In this document: piece by piece, positions 36,351 through 48,989 of the stretch | Position numbering within the stretch: position 1 is the first letter of the stretch | Layout: every line of letters begins with the position of its first letter | DNA from: Camelus dromedarius | Taxonomy: Eukaryota | Length of the DNA: 64,000 bases | Assembly (NCBI RefSeq): GCF_036321535.1 | Contig: NC_087442.1 | Span: 42,904,001 to 42,968,000, forward strand | Direction: 5' to 3' | The notes under the pieces: model-generated | The model's input: the letters and a program-made list of their open reading frames with translations, nothing else | Databases searched by the model: none | What the model was told of the DNA's origin: nothing | Position numbers and translations under genes: made by a program

Positions 36351-36984
36351 TGGCTCTACCTTGCCATACTTACTGTTTGACTTAGAGCAAATTGCCTGTT
36401 AAAATTAACTGCATTTAAATAACAATCTTCCTAGTTTCTGATGTTTTTGGTTAAATCATTCCTCTCCAAGCTTAACAGAGTGGTCTGGCACACTAATTAT
36501 TAGTATTAATTAGAGTTCTTCTACAGAGTATACTTCTCATTCTGTTTAATATCAGAATAAAAAATTAAGTTAGGTCTCATTTCTCCATCATTCAACTCCT
36601 TGTGGACCAGAAAGTTAGGGACAGGACTCCTGTCACAGCCAGTGTGTTAAACTCAGCACTGCACAGGAACGACCCCCATCTTTAATGGCCAGGTTAGAGG
36701 CAGTCATGGAGTTCATAAGAATTAAACATGCTTCTAACCCAAGAAGCCTTCTATTTCTTAAGCATTAAGGCTTCAAAAAATTTGCTTTTAGGAAATCTCA
36801 TTACATTCAGGTTAAGTCAAAGGAAGAGCAGGGATCCATCAGTTGAGAGGATCTGAAACTTAAAAGGGTGACTATGACAGTTGGTGAATTGCACAGTTTT
36901 AAAACTGCAGTCCTTGAAAGAAAAAGGAAAAATACAGCTGGGAAATGATAGAGGAAAGAGCAAGTGGAGTTATTTCTCTGTCTT

Positions 36985-37090
36985 CTCTCACTAGACTGTG
37001 AGATTTTGAGGACAAGGACCAGATCCTGCATGTGTCTGTCTCTGAGCTCTGTCATGGTACTTCACGCAGTAAATATTTGTTGAGTGGAGT
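36985..37090 (+). mobile_element. L2 3' end
   Basis: cactagactgtgagattttgaggacaaggacc...cagtaaatatttgttgagtgga. Confidence 0.65.
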
Positions 37091-37951
37091 TCTAAATCTG
37101 GAAATGGAGAAGTAGTGTCTAATGTTATTTTCATGGTAATGCAAAGCCTGTCTACTCTCTTGCAAAAAGCATTACCTTGAATTGTATTCCCCAGTGTGAG
37201 TTAAAAAAGCCTTTTGTGAAAAGGAAGAAAATCAAATAAAACAAAACCTGCATAAAAAGTTTTAAGAAGTTTTCCTTTTCTGTAAATGGAGATTCCTCTT
37301 CTCAGAAAGTGCATGGAGTTGTTAGCCCAAGTTCCTGTTACCCTTGCCATGCAAAGCCCATGGATATGTCCCCCTTCTTTCTCCTAGGACCCCATTTATA
37401 AACTGTGACTTTAGGCCAAAATGCTTTCTTGCGGGTTTAACATTTTATTAAGATTGTTGTTATATCATTGGAGGGGATGGTTTCTGTAAGTGTAGAGGTG
37501 GGAAGGCAAAAAGTTTTCCCATTCTTGGACCTTGTCCAAGATACAGGTTTTATTGAATACTTTCAAAAAAACTTTTTAATACACATTATTAAAGAAGATA
37601 ATTTAGATAAGAGGAATCTAGGACACGTCACCTAACAGGTAAAGTACATAATAGGCATTTAATAAATGATAACATTATTAACTTTACTGTTAAAAATGGT
37701 AAAGGGATGTTACAGAGGTAGAAAATAGAAGAGAGATGGCTTCAAATTTTATGATTGTTTCCTGGAGAACTAAATAATTAGAAGTTAGTCTGCCGGTATG
37801 ATGTTGATATCTTCAAATGATCGTTAGTTTAAAAGTAACCTTTAAAAATCTTTTTTAATAGAAAAATCCAAATGACAATTATTAATATTGAGTGAATATG
37901 TACAATAAAGCATGTTATCTGCTCCTGTTGAAAATAATGTATTGAAATCAG

Positions 37952-38112
37952 TGTGTTCTAGGTCAATGGCTTCTAAGACTCCTGTTGGATTCATTGGAGT
38001 AGGCAACATGGGGAATCCAATGGCAAGAAATCTCATGAAACATGGCTATCCGCTCATTATTTATGATGTGTTCCCTGATGCATGCAAAGAGTTTGTAGAT
38101 GCAGGTGAACAG
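37952..38112 (+). CDS. HIBADH: HIBADH coding exon 2 (VCSRSMASKTPVGFIGVGNMGNPMARNLMKHGYPLIIYDVFPDACKEFVDAGEQ)
   Basis: cag|TGTGT acceptor, 161 nt, CAG|GTAAGA donor. Encodes the Rossmann GxGxxG NAD-binding motif (GVGNMG) of the 3-hydroxyisobutyrate/6PGD family. Phase 1 to phase 0 fits exons 1 and 3. Confidence 0.97.
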
Positions 38113-38984
38113 GTAAGACCTTTCCTTAAGGTTTTTTTTTAGATTTTGATATTTAAAAATGACTATACATTCAAATAAGTGATAGCTTCTTAGATGTATA
38201 CATAATTGATTTGTAAAGCTAATTCATTGTTAGTTTTATTTCTGTATGTAATATTATATATGTATATATTCTATATATTATATAAGATGTAAGATAAGTG
38301 TACTCACACATACATACACACGCACAGGAGACAGTGTACTAGTCACTGAATTTAGAGTTTTCTTTTTCCAAAAATGAAGGAAATTCTTCTTGTACAAGTT
38401 GTAGAGTGGTAACTGAGGACTGAATGTAATCCCAGAACTGGGAGAATACTACAAAATTCCTGAGAAATAAAGAAAAAGTTTAGAGAACAAATAGACAGTC
38501 AACTTCTGGATAACAGACTTGAAATAAAGACTGAGAAATACGACGCCTACGTAAAGAGCATCCCGTTTGCAGAGCCGAGTGTCCTCCGCCTCCCTCCCTT
38601 TGCTGGTTTGTTTGCCGTATGGGGATGGCAGCAGTGTTGTTTGGGGATGAGTGAGTATCTTCTTGGAACTTTTCCAAGGGTGGTGCTGTGGCTGCTTATG
38701 CTCATACAGTCTCTGAATATTAACACTGACACCAGTCCAGCAGGCTTACTCATGACCTTAAATAGCTTAGGGACTTAGTAGACTTGTTGGAGAGATTTGA
38801 TTCACCCCAGACTGAATAACGTTCCAGAAATTTGTGTGTGTGTGTGTTTATGAAAATTCACATGCGTTTCTCTTTCCCTTCCTACCCCCTTCAAATAATA
38901 GGTGGATATTGAATGGAAACTGATATACCCTAGACTGGCAAAGCAGTCTTAACAAAACAGGTGATAGGGCCTTCACTAATGTAC

Positions 38985-39240
38985 TAATTTAATGTTTCTT
39001 TAGTACTTTCTATGTGCTAGGCACTGGGAATATAGCCTAGAACAAAATAGTCACAGTTTACCTTTGAGGACCAATAGGAGGTGTTAGATTATCAAATCAC
39101 ACAAATACGTGATTTCAAACTGTGAAAGTTGAAAGAAAAAGACTCTCATCGGTTTTCAGTAAAATATGCATTACGCTGGGTGAGAGGGCAGTTAGGGAAG
39201 TTCTCTCTGAGACTAGACATTTAGGCAACACAAGAATAAG
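38985..39240 (-). mobile_element. L2 fragment
   Basis: agtactttctatgtgctaggcactgggaatatagcc...aacaaaatagtc. Confidence 0.6.
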
Positions 39241-41329
39241 GGGCTTTTATCCAAATGAAGAATGAGGACAAAGGAGCAATTTTATTTAAAAATGGAAGCC
39301 TCAGTCACCAGGTTTCTAGAGATTTCTACTTGAGGTCAACTGATATAGAATGAGTACCTCCCATATGTCCAGTAGTCCACCTAATCCTGTGGAGAGTAAA
39401 CCAGGTTGAATTGGATGTGGCAATGTATTAGATGTGTCTCAGGTGGCAAGACTAAATAACATTTTAAGAGAGTTTCTACTAAAATTATATTCTGACTATA
39501 ATAAAGTGCTGAAGCAGTTTTTGAGGGGAAAAATAATAAGTAACTATTAAGAGTTATTTCATTTCTGATAGAGAACTACATAAATATTGAGTATAATCTT
39601 TGCATATCTACAAACAGAACTGCTGTAGTCTTAAATGAAAGTCATGGAGACAAGATCTCTCAGATTGCTGAGTAGAAATCAGAAGGTTCTAGGACACAGA
39701 CTCTGTTATTAGATTTTTCTTCTTTTCTTCCTTGAGATGTGTAAGTGGGTGTGAGGAAGGAAAGAAGATGGATTCTGGGTAGCTGCCTCTCCCTATCAGT
39801 GAAGAGTGAAGACTTGTCTTAGCTTCATGCCTGCAGCTCCCACCCCTGCCCCCAGCACTCGGTGGGAAAAGTTCTGTGGGTGGTTCACACTGAGGCGGCA
39901 AGCCTGGAAGGCAGAATGCTCTTTTCCCACGTCCCATCTCTCACATCTCTGGTTCCCTTAAGAGTCTTGACTCTAAGAGGTCCTCTGAGTATTGATTATA
40001 ACAGCAATGGAGGTCAGGGGAATGTGAAACTTAGATAAATGAAGGGGGAAGGGTAGAGGGTAAAAAAGCTTTGGTCGCAGAGGGAAATACCCTGTCATAA
40101 TAAAATGAAACATTTGTTGATAAATGATTTATGCTGGCCGCTTAAAAACCATTTTGAACAGTGGCAACGTCATTTGAATAAGTGTGATTTCCTAAAAGCC
40201 CTACTTTAAAAGGTAATGTTAATTTGGATGAATGACTTCTGATATATTAAAATGTCAGCATTATTATTTCATAGCTATATTGAGTTTAAATATGTTTGCT
40301 AAAAGAAAAGGTGAGTTTCATTCGACTACTAAGAAAAGATAAGATGGGATAAGATGAAAAAATGTCAGTGAAAACCTTGAAACTTCTTGCCGTTGTGTAT
40401 GGTAGTGCAATGAATGGATTAAGAGTTCAGAAATTCAGAGTATGTTTGAGTTGACTTTTAGATTTTAAGGACAAGTGTCCCTTTCTTCTCCTAATGTGAC
40501 TATTTCAAGTGAAGCTGATGAAATGGTAGCCAGAGGAAACGAAATCTTTTCCCCCAAAGTTTGCAGGAAAATCTGGTTAGTTGATTTCTTATGTCAGCTG
40601 TGCTTTCAGTGGGAAATTTGCAGGGAGAGAAAGTACCAAACTAGACATATCTGGATAGAAAAGCAGTCAACTGGTTCCAAATATCTTTGGACATCTCCTT
40701 GAGGAAGTACTCTTTCTTTCCTTCTTTCTTTTTTAAATAAGCAGGAACTAGGGATTTGTTGTTTTGTGTACCTGAAGAGTTGGGGAATGGTCTGAACCCA
40801 GGCACAGCTGAATTTTGGGCATAGATGTAATCAGATTCCTTTCTGTCTTGGATTCTTGGCTCTGCTTCCTCAGGCAGGCAGGCTCTTCTCTCCTGCGAGA
40901 TGGCCACCTGCAGTTTTAGGTGAAGAAGTGTTTAGGATGTTACCAGCCTGGAGGTTTTTCTTCAAGCTGTACCTAATAGTAAAAAATACTACGTGGGTTA
41001 TGAAGCAAATAAAAACTTTGACATGTGTCACGTGTCTCGTATTTAACAAACTTATTCATGCCCTTACATGTTAACCAGTTCTATTAGGGTATTTATAATT
41101 GGTTAAATATGTTATTTGTTGTCATTTCCATAAAAAATTTGAGCCTTCCTCTTTCAGTGTCCCTTAATCAATCTTTATTTCTACTAAAAACTCAGTCTTA
41201 AACTACAATGCATCATTTTGACTTCTAGCATCTTGTCTAAGAATGTAACTCATGATAATTATCAAGCCCTTTGGTATTAGAAATCATGAGTCAATAAATT
41301 GTGAATGTATTGGTTAGTAAGCATAAACC

Positions 41330-41510
41330 CTGGAACCGGACTGTGGGGGCTCAAGTCACAGCTCTGTCATGTCCTGGCTGTGTGACTTTAGACAGATTAT
41401 TTAACCTAAAATTTCTCATCTTATAAAACGAAAATAGTAATAGTACCTTCTTCTTAGTTGTAGAGAAGCTGGCGCATACAAAATACTATCACTGTTGCTA
41501 CTACTATTAC
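41330..41510 (+). mobile_element. MIR SINE
   Basis: ggctgtgtgactttagacagattatttaacct...tttctcatcttataaaacgaaaatagtaatagtacc. Confidence 0.75.
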
Positions 41511-42959
41511 TACTGTTAATGATTGTTGCTTTAGCATCTATACCATATTTCTCCCAAATCTTCATTCCCCAACACCACACATAGAAACACACGACTGTCT
41601 TGGCTGAGTCACTGAGTCCAGAGTTATTTGGAAGAGAATTGTAGACATTTTTAAATGAAAGAATGACGATAAAAATTAAAACTAAATTAGGTGACAAGGG
41701 GATTTGACTGCATCTCTCCTTAATATATTCTGCACAGTCCCTTGTGTTCACTTTTATTTTACGGAAGATACCAATTTCTCTTTTTAAGCCTTAGTGTCAA
41801 GGGCATGTGACTTGTGCTTCATTTCCATTTTCATTTTCTAGGAATTTCCAGGAGGTGCCTCTGATCTGTGCCAAATGTCTTGGGACTTATGTACCATTTC
41901 TGTGTGAGTTTTCTGGTTGAACTAGGCTTAATTAGATTCTCTTTTGTTTTCTCTTTAAAAACTTGGACACCATTTTGTTGTTCCTGGGTTGTAACACTGA
42001 ACATGTTTGGTTTAGTAATTCTCTTGGGATCTAATCTGGCAACCACTTGGGTCTTGTTAAATGAGAACTTTAAAAGCCTCTTGCTGAGTGGGCTTCATCA
42101 TTGTTGACCAAATGTTTCAAGATGTAGGCACAAACTTTTTTGGTCAGTTTTTCAAATGTAGTGCAATTTTGAAATAACAGTATGCTTTTCTGCTTGGAAA
42201 GATTGAAATACACTGAGTAGCAGGTTTAACCAAGGTCATGTTCATCTTGTTACTTTGCAAGTTTCTCTCACCCATTTGGTTTACTTGGAAGTGGTACTGA
42301 GCTCGACCTGTGTGCCTATTTTTGTCTAGAAGAGATAGCGAGATTTTCCTCTTTAGGTAATATCACTAAGTTAACTGTTGCCTCCTCATGGATATGTAAA
42401 CAGGAGGTGCAGTTCCTTCTGATTCTTCTGGGCCCTGATGGGCACCGTAATGCCTCCCTTCCCTGACCCAGCAAAGCAGATTTTGTCTTTAATCTGTCAA
42501 GTCTTCTACTCTTTGTCTTGTACACTTGCCGTTAATGCTTGCCAGTGTACAGATGAATCTAAATCCAGAGAAATTGGTTGCAAAAATTCTTAAAAGACTG
42601 TAGATACCATGAAGGGAACCAATCTCCTATAGTCAAAATTGAGACAATGGAAAGGTAGAGTCATCTTAATTCATAATGGTGTAAGAATGGGAGGCAGTTG
42701 GAATTAGCAAGACATCTTTCTGGGATGGCCTTGACAGTCAGAGCAGAGCCACGGTCCAAAGTCAGCCGGTCAGTGACTGCCTGAGATGTGGAGGTGTGGG
42801 TGTCCTGCTAATGCTATACATTTATGCAGAGTCATTCATTGCACATGCTTCCTATCCCATCAGCCCTTTTTCACAGAGGCAGTATCTTCCTAGAACTGAA
42901 GGCTGCTAAATATGAAAAATTTCTTTGTGTAAGTTTCCTTTTACTTTGGAGATAGAAAC

Positions 42960-43120
42960 CCTTAAAGATAATCCAAATCACTATTCTTATTTTGTAAATT
43001 CATACACGAAAGCCAGAGAGGTTAAGTGATTTGCACAAAAGCACACATGACTTAGTGGCTGAGCTGTAACTAAACCTGAGTCTCTGGCTTTCCAAATAAG
43101 AGTTCCTTTCACTGATCCAT
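42960..43120 (-). mobile_element. MIR SINE
   Basis: gccagagaggttaagtgatttgcacaaaagcacaca...ttagtggctgagctg...aacctgagtctctggctttcca. Confidence 0.7.
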
Positions 43121-45501
43121 GATGTCTTTGCTTATCCATTCAATTAGCAAATGTAATTGAACAGACTCTAATTAGTTTGGCTCCTATAGGCTTTTGTGGT
43201 TAGTGTCAGACTGGCAACAAGGTTTGTTTTTTTCCTGCTAGCTTTTGAGTCGTGGCCAAATTTTGTTAGTCAATTATTTCAAAGTCTTGAAGTCATTACA
43301 TGGAAGGCAAGATGATTTGAATAACTGGACACACATGTCTGTCTATCTGTCTAATAAACATGCCTTCTGTAGTGCAAATTAGAGGATGTTATTATAATGC
43401 ACCAAATGTATATAGTCATTAGATATGGAGCAGTTGTAGCCAGTACGGTGGTGACATTGCAGCTATCACTATCATTGTGTGTTTTTTCCGGACCTGTGAG
43501 TTTTGACATTGCTTTCCTATATAATTGAGGGGTTAGCAGTACTCTGGCAACCCAAGCATCCCAAGAAGCAGATGCTAGGGATGCAGGGGGCTGATTGGCC
43601 ACCCCATGCACTTGGCAGTTGCATGAATTGGCACTGCCAGTTCATGGGCACGAGAAGCTTGGAGGTGTGAAGTATTCCTAGATCTGTAAGCTAATTGTCG
43701 GTGCCCCTGAGGGCACCTCTCAAGGAGTTATCTAGATGGAATTGAATTTCCTTCAGTGGAAGAGACTCAGTTCCTAAGAGAAAGTCTGAAGTTGACTCTT
43801 CAACCTCATGGCTTACTTGCTGCAGCCCCTGAAAGATCAGGGAGGATGAAGCTGCAATAGGAGGAAAGGCCAGTGAAAGGTATGCCACCGTTTTGCATGT
43901 ATTTAACACTTCATTTAAGTGGGATGAACAGATAGGGCTCTCTGTGTTACCCATGTTCTTGACACAGTCCAGGAGTAGAGAATTATGACTCCTACAAGTT
44001 TTCTTTTCTTATCTCCTCATCTTACTGAGCTGCCCCCCCCCCCTTGAGTAAACTTGAATTGTTTGCCAGGAAATAGTTGCCTCTTTTTGAATCTCAGTAT
44101 TTATTTGGGTAGGAAAGGTTTTCCTCTCACTTAAGTATTTCTTTGTAATTTGGTGGAAAAAAAATTTTTTCCAGAATTACTTGTGGTAAATCCCTGTTAT
44201 ATACCAAAATATACATGTTGAATGTGCCACGTTGTAGACTCTTAAAATGCTGTATTGCCTTTAGAATGAAACATTGAAAGAATCTGAGATATTTTATATT
44301 ATCATTTAATGTTAATACACAAAGTGATAGGATACTTGATTGTCTGAAATTTTAAAGTACACGTTATGAAATTACTTTGTGTTAAAGCTGCATTTATCCA
44401 GACTTGATTTAGAAGCTGCTAGTCTCATATGGAAAATTGAAATGTAATTACTTGTAGCTTGTAATATTTAGATTACATACTATGTTTGGCTTCTCATTCT
44501 TTCACTTTCATCAACTGCACATCAAAGACAAAAAGAAAGTGTTCTGTATACTTCCAGCACGTGAATAGTAGAGGCATTCCCATTCCTAAGATGCTTACTG
44601 CCACTTCATGTTTCCTAGTAGAAGATGTGTCAATTTCTAATACATATGTAAATCATCCTACGGAGAAATCTTCGGTTATCCTCATGATAGTCTTTTGTCT
44701 TTTTTTTTCAAAGAAAGAAAGGGCTTTGGAAAGGAGCTTTTGTGACAATTGGGGTCATGGATTCTTCCTGTTAAAGGAGAGTTTGAGTCAAGAAGTGAGC
44801 TCCTGGTCTCTTCTGGCCTCTCTGGTTGCTAGCCGGCTGGCCAGGTGTATCATGCTATATATATGTGAGAGAGCGGGGTTGGGGAGAATGTGGGTGAGGG
44901 TATGTATACCCACCCATGTACACATATGTACAGAGGATGGACAGAGCAGCTTTCCTCTACAGTATATTCGTGATCATCATGAAAGCAGATATCAGGGTTG
45001 CAGGGAGAGTGTACCTTGATGCCTCTTGGTGTGTCTTTCTTGCGTATGTGGTTTCCATACGAGTCCTGGCAGCTCTCAGGCTTCATGGTGGTATTTGCAG
45101 TCAGTGCAGTAAAGGCTTATGTCCTTGTCCTGAATTTTTCTTGTCTGAATCAGGCTTAATTTTTTTTTTCCCCTTGAAAATAGACACTGGAGGATAGTGG
45201 TAATGGGGGCTTGAGAATTTACTAGGGGATTTTGAAATAACTGGTGAATCCTGTAGATTGGCTACCAGGTCTGTTGTGCCAGAATGCTTTTCTTAGTGCA
45301 TCTACCCAAAAAAAGTATGCTGTTTAAGAATCCATGTTGGAGGAATCCCTGAGAAGTGTGTCTGTTCCCAGGACTGTGAAGTTTTGCCCTTTTCCCCCTC
45401 AACTCATTTCACACTTTTTAAAAGTAAACAGTGGATGTGATTGATTCCATAGAAACTCCATCTGTATGTGTGTGAAGAATGGACTCTATTTTAGGCAGTA
45501 G

Positions 45502-45529
45502 GTTTGTTTGTTTGTTTGTTTGTTTGTTT
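45502..45529. repeat. (GTTT)n microsatellite ~140 bp upstream of exon 3
   Basis: gtttgtttgtttgtttgtttgtttgttt read directly. Confidence 0.9.
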
Positions 45530-45665
45530 TTTGTCATTTGAAAATGGATTAGTTTTTATTCACTGTCACTATTACAGGGGTGCATAAAAAGTGGATCCTA
45601 CTTGTGCTCTAGAAGCTGCTTACATTTTAATTGAAATAATGTGCCTTTGCAATTTTTTTTTGAAG

Positions 45666-45775
45666 GTAGTGTCTTCCCCAGCAGATGTAGCTGAAAAAGC
45701 TGACAGAATTATTACAATGTTGCCCACCAGTATCAATGCAATAGAAGCTTATTCTGGAGCAAATGGAATTCTAAA
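45666..45775 (+). CDS. HIBADH: HIBADH coding exon 3 (VVSSPADVAEKADRIITMLPTSINAIEAYSGANGILK)
   Basis: ttttttttttgaag|GTAGTG acceptor, 110 nt, AA|GTATGT donor. Contains the family IITMLP motif. Phase 0 to phase 2. Confidence 0.97.
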
Positions 45776-48217
45776 GTATGTATTTCTCAACTGTAGATAT
45801 TTTTCTGTTAATGATAGTTTATGAATTTCACATTTGTTAGAACTGTTATGAAACTGCAGTTATGTTTGTTAAATCTTCTTGTACTGTTTTCTTATGTCTT
45901 AAAAGTCAATGGTGTGGTTTCTCTCTCATTGTAAAGGGTTTATTTTTCCCTGAAGTCAAGTATGTGACTTTTGGGATTGATTTTTTTTTTGTTCTTTTTT
46001 TTTGCTTCTGTTTCTTTCCTTTCACTCTTGCATTAAACTTACACTTTCATTGGTAACATGTTTAAGAGACTTTTAAGGTTGCATTTTAAACTGTACAAAT
46101 GTTACAAGCATAATTTTCTTATGGTTTATGGAAACTCAGGAAAAGGTTTCTATGAAAAATAAAACCAAGCATTGGAAAGAACACCATTATTTAAAATTCA
46201 TTATATAATAAAAGTTATTGTATGTCCTCTGGGTTAGTACATCTGTAGTAAGAACTTTGAGAAGTTGAAATTAAAGATTAGCAGTAGCTCTTTAAATAAT
46301 ATGTGATTTAGGTTAGAGTTTCCTACCCAGTGCCTGGCTTCCCTGGCTTTGTGAACCTTTTGGTTAATTGCTACCTATTGCCAACCCTTGTGGTTATGTT
46401 GGGATGACAGCGGTTGAATTCCCAATTTAGTTTTCTGGTCTTACTAATTCCTGTCCCTAACTTGTTTTGTTGTTGAATTTCAGCAAAAAGCTAGAACAAA
46501 CTGGTAGGCATTGTAGACACATGAAGGGCTAAAAGAAGAGTTTAACTTCCTGAGTCTGTAATATATGAAATTTGAGGTTTTTGGGAAATTGAATTGCTTT
46601 GGAAAATTAACAGACTTAGAAGCAAAAAACACTTGAATACTAGGCAGAAAGCTGATAAGATAAATGTTTAGATTTCAGGGAAAGTTGAAAGACACTTATT
46701 TTGGATGGAGCCCTCAGGCTCACAATGTGTGTGGTCCTGAGGTGACCTAGCTGTCTCATTACCTACTCTGTTCCAATTATGACCCTGCTTTACTGCTCAA
46801 GGAAAAGTTAACTAAAAATTTTGTAGCGACAAAATCCTACGTTTATTAATATCCTTATTTAAGAAATATGGTGGCCAGCCACCAGGGCAGTTTTGTCTAG
46901 GGAGTGCTTTGAAAGAGTAAGGCTGTACATTGAACTGTAATTTGCTTCTCGTGGGTGGTTCTTTATTTTCTTTTGGGTCAGGATCATTTCTCCACACCCA
47001 GTGCATGTATAATTTTTGAGACGATCACCCATTTGCTTAAAGATTTAAGATCTTAAAAATATGAATATCACAGAAGACTGGTAAACTTAATTCTTATCTT
47101 TTAGGTTATATAAAGTGAAACTCCACACACTGAGGTGATCTATAACAGAGTATGCTATTTCTTTTCTGTGGAATATACCCAATCATTGCATTTTGATCAG
47201 AATAATTCATATGTCTAAAATTGTTCTTTAAAGCTTTTGTGTGCTATTTTTTTTCTAAGAAAAACATTTTCTTTTTTTGTAGTTTTTAAGCAATGATTTT
47301 CTGTTTTCCCTTCAATATTTATATTTATTCAGTTCTAATTTTTCAGTCATAATTATGATTAAATGTCTTCCAGGTTAGTTTATCTGTAGTGAGAACTTTG
47401 AGAAGTTTGATTTAAAGGTTAGCCATACCCCTTTAAGTATAATTTAAGTCAGAGTTTCCAAGCCAGTGAATCCATAGATAATAGACTGTAGGGAACTATA
47501 TAGGTATATAGTCTGCATTTATAGTATAAACAAAGCTGTTTTACTTTAAGAATATCATTTAAATATTGATATAAAATATGATATATGAAAAGACTCCTCC
47601 CCTCTTTCATCAATGTATGTATATGAATTTACCATATAGAATAAAAAGACTGAGATTTCTAGGTCCATTTCTATATTTTTCTTTCTGCCTGTTTGATGTT
47701 TTATTTTGTCTTTAAAAAGTTACAGTTATTAAAGAATATGCCATCCTAAAGCTAATGGCTAAATTTTGATTGCTTTTGTTCATTCTACCTAGTGGAAATG
47801 AAATGGAGATGTGAAATTTGCAATATGACTTGTTAAAGACAAGTAAATTACTTTTTAAAGAGACCCAGTTACTTTACAAACAAAAATTTAAATCCTACCA
47901 AATAACCCTTTTAAAGTTAATAGGTGTTTTAAATTGCTTACATCTTAGCCTGAAAGCAGAATTTATGCTGTGTAGTTTATTAGATTATTTTTGTTTGAAA
48001 GAGTTTGAGTTTACTTTGAACTATAATTGATCTGAAAATAAATTTGAGATTTTTGAACCGGTTCTAATAATGTTTTTAATATTAAACCAAAGACCTCCTT
48101 GATATCTGGCAGCTTTTACATTCTGAATGTTTATTCAGAGTTGTAAACTATATTTTTCAAACTATGAAACTATGGTGTTTTTAAAAAACTATATTTTTGT
48201 TTATTTTGTTTACTTAG

Positions 48218-48339
48218 GAAAGTGAAGAAAGGCTCATTATTAATAGATTCCAGTACTATCGATCCTATGGTTTCGAAAGAATTGGCCAAAGAAGTTGAGA
48301 AAATGGGAGCAGTTTTCATGGATGCCCCTGTTTCTGGTG
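48218..48339 (+). CDS. HIBADH: HIBADH coding exon 4 (KVKKGSLLIDSSTIDPMVSKELAKEVEKMGAVFMDAPVSG)
   Basis: ttttgtttacttag|GAAA acceptor, 122 nt, GTG|GTAAGT donor. Contains the IDSSTI and DAPVSG(G) family motifs. Phase 2 to phase 1. Confidence 0.97.
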
Positions 48340-48659
48340 GTAAGTGGTAGCTAAAATACATGCATCCCTATTCTGTTTGTCAAAGTAACAATTACAATTT
48401 TGTGGTCCCCAAGATATATCGAGTTATTTTTAGAGCTGTTACAGATTCTCAATTCCTCATTAAAAATAAAAACAAAGCAAAACTGACTTATATTCCAGTT
48501 TTTAAAATTCACATTCTTCTACATTGTGGAAGTATGAAAGTATGTCTTTTAAGTCTCTGGTTTCACAGCACAATGCCTGGAACATAGTTATCTTCAATAA
48601 ATATTTAAAAACTTGGGTTCAGTTCAGTTGGAAAAACGACCATATGAGATAGACAGAAC

Positions 48660-48780
48660 AAGTAGTGAGGTTCCCACTTTACCAAGGATGGAAGTAGCAC
48701 CCAGAGGTGTTAGGTAACTATCTCAAGACTATGTTAGTCAGTGGCAGAGTTGCAGATACATCCTCAACTATTAGCTGAAG
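48660..48780 (-). mobile_element. MIR SINE fragment
   Basis: cccactttaccaaggatggaagtagcacccagaggtgttaggtaactatctcaagact...agtggcagagttg. Confidence 0.55.
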
Positions 48781-48989
48781 GCTAGTTTCTAGTTGAAGCC
48801 GAGAAAGATGAGGCTGAAGAAACTAGTTATTTGCTCAAGACTAAAGCTAATTTGTTTCATATTCTACTGCATTAGGAAATACTATTTTCTTATAAACTAA
48901 GTTCTAGTTTATTCTAAGAGAGAATTAAAGATTGCTAAATGGAAGGCTGTTCTTTAAACTGTAAAATCTTTCTCATTATTTGGCTAAAA

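Noticed and set aside
44486-45019. Longest gap-free ORF (177 aa)
   Set aside because: It starts at TTG, not ATG, is intronic, has no recognisable domain or splice context, and its composition is typical of non-coding DNA.
45774-45784. Exon 3 donor GTATGTATT as a U12-type intron
   Set aside because: It does not match GTATCCTT and is an ordinary U2 donor.
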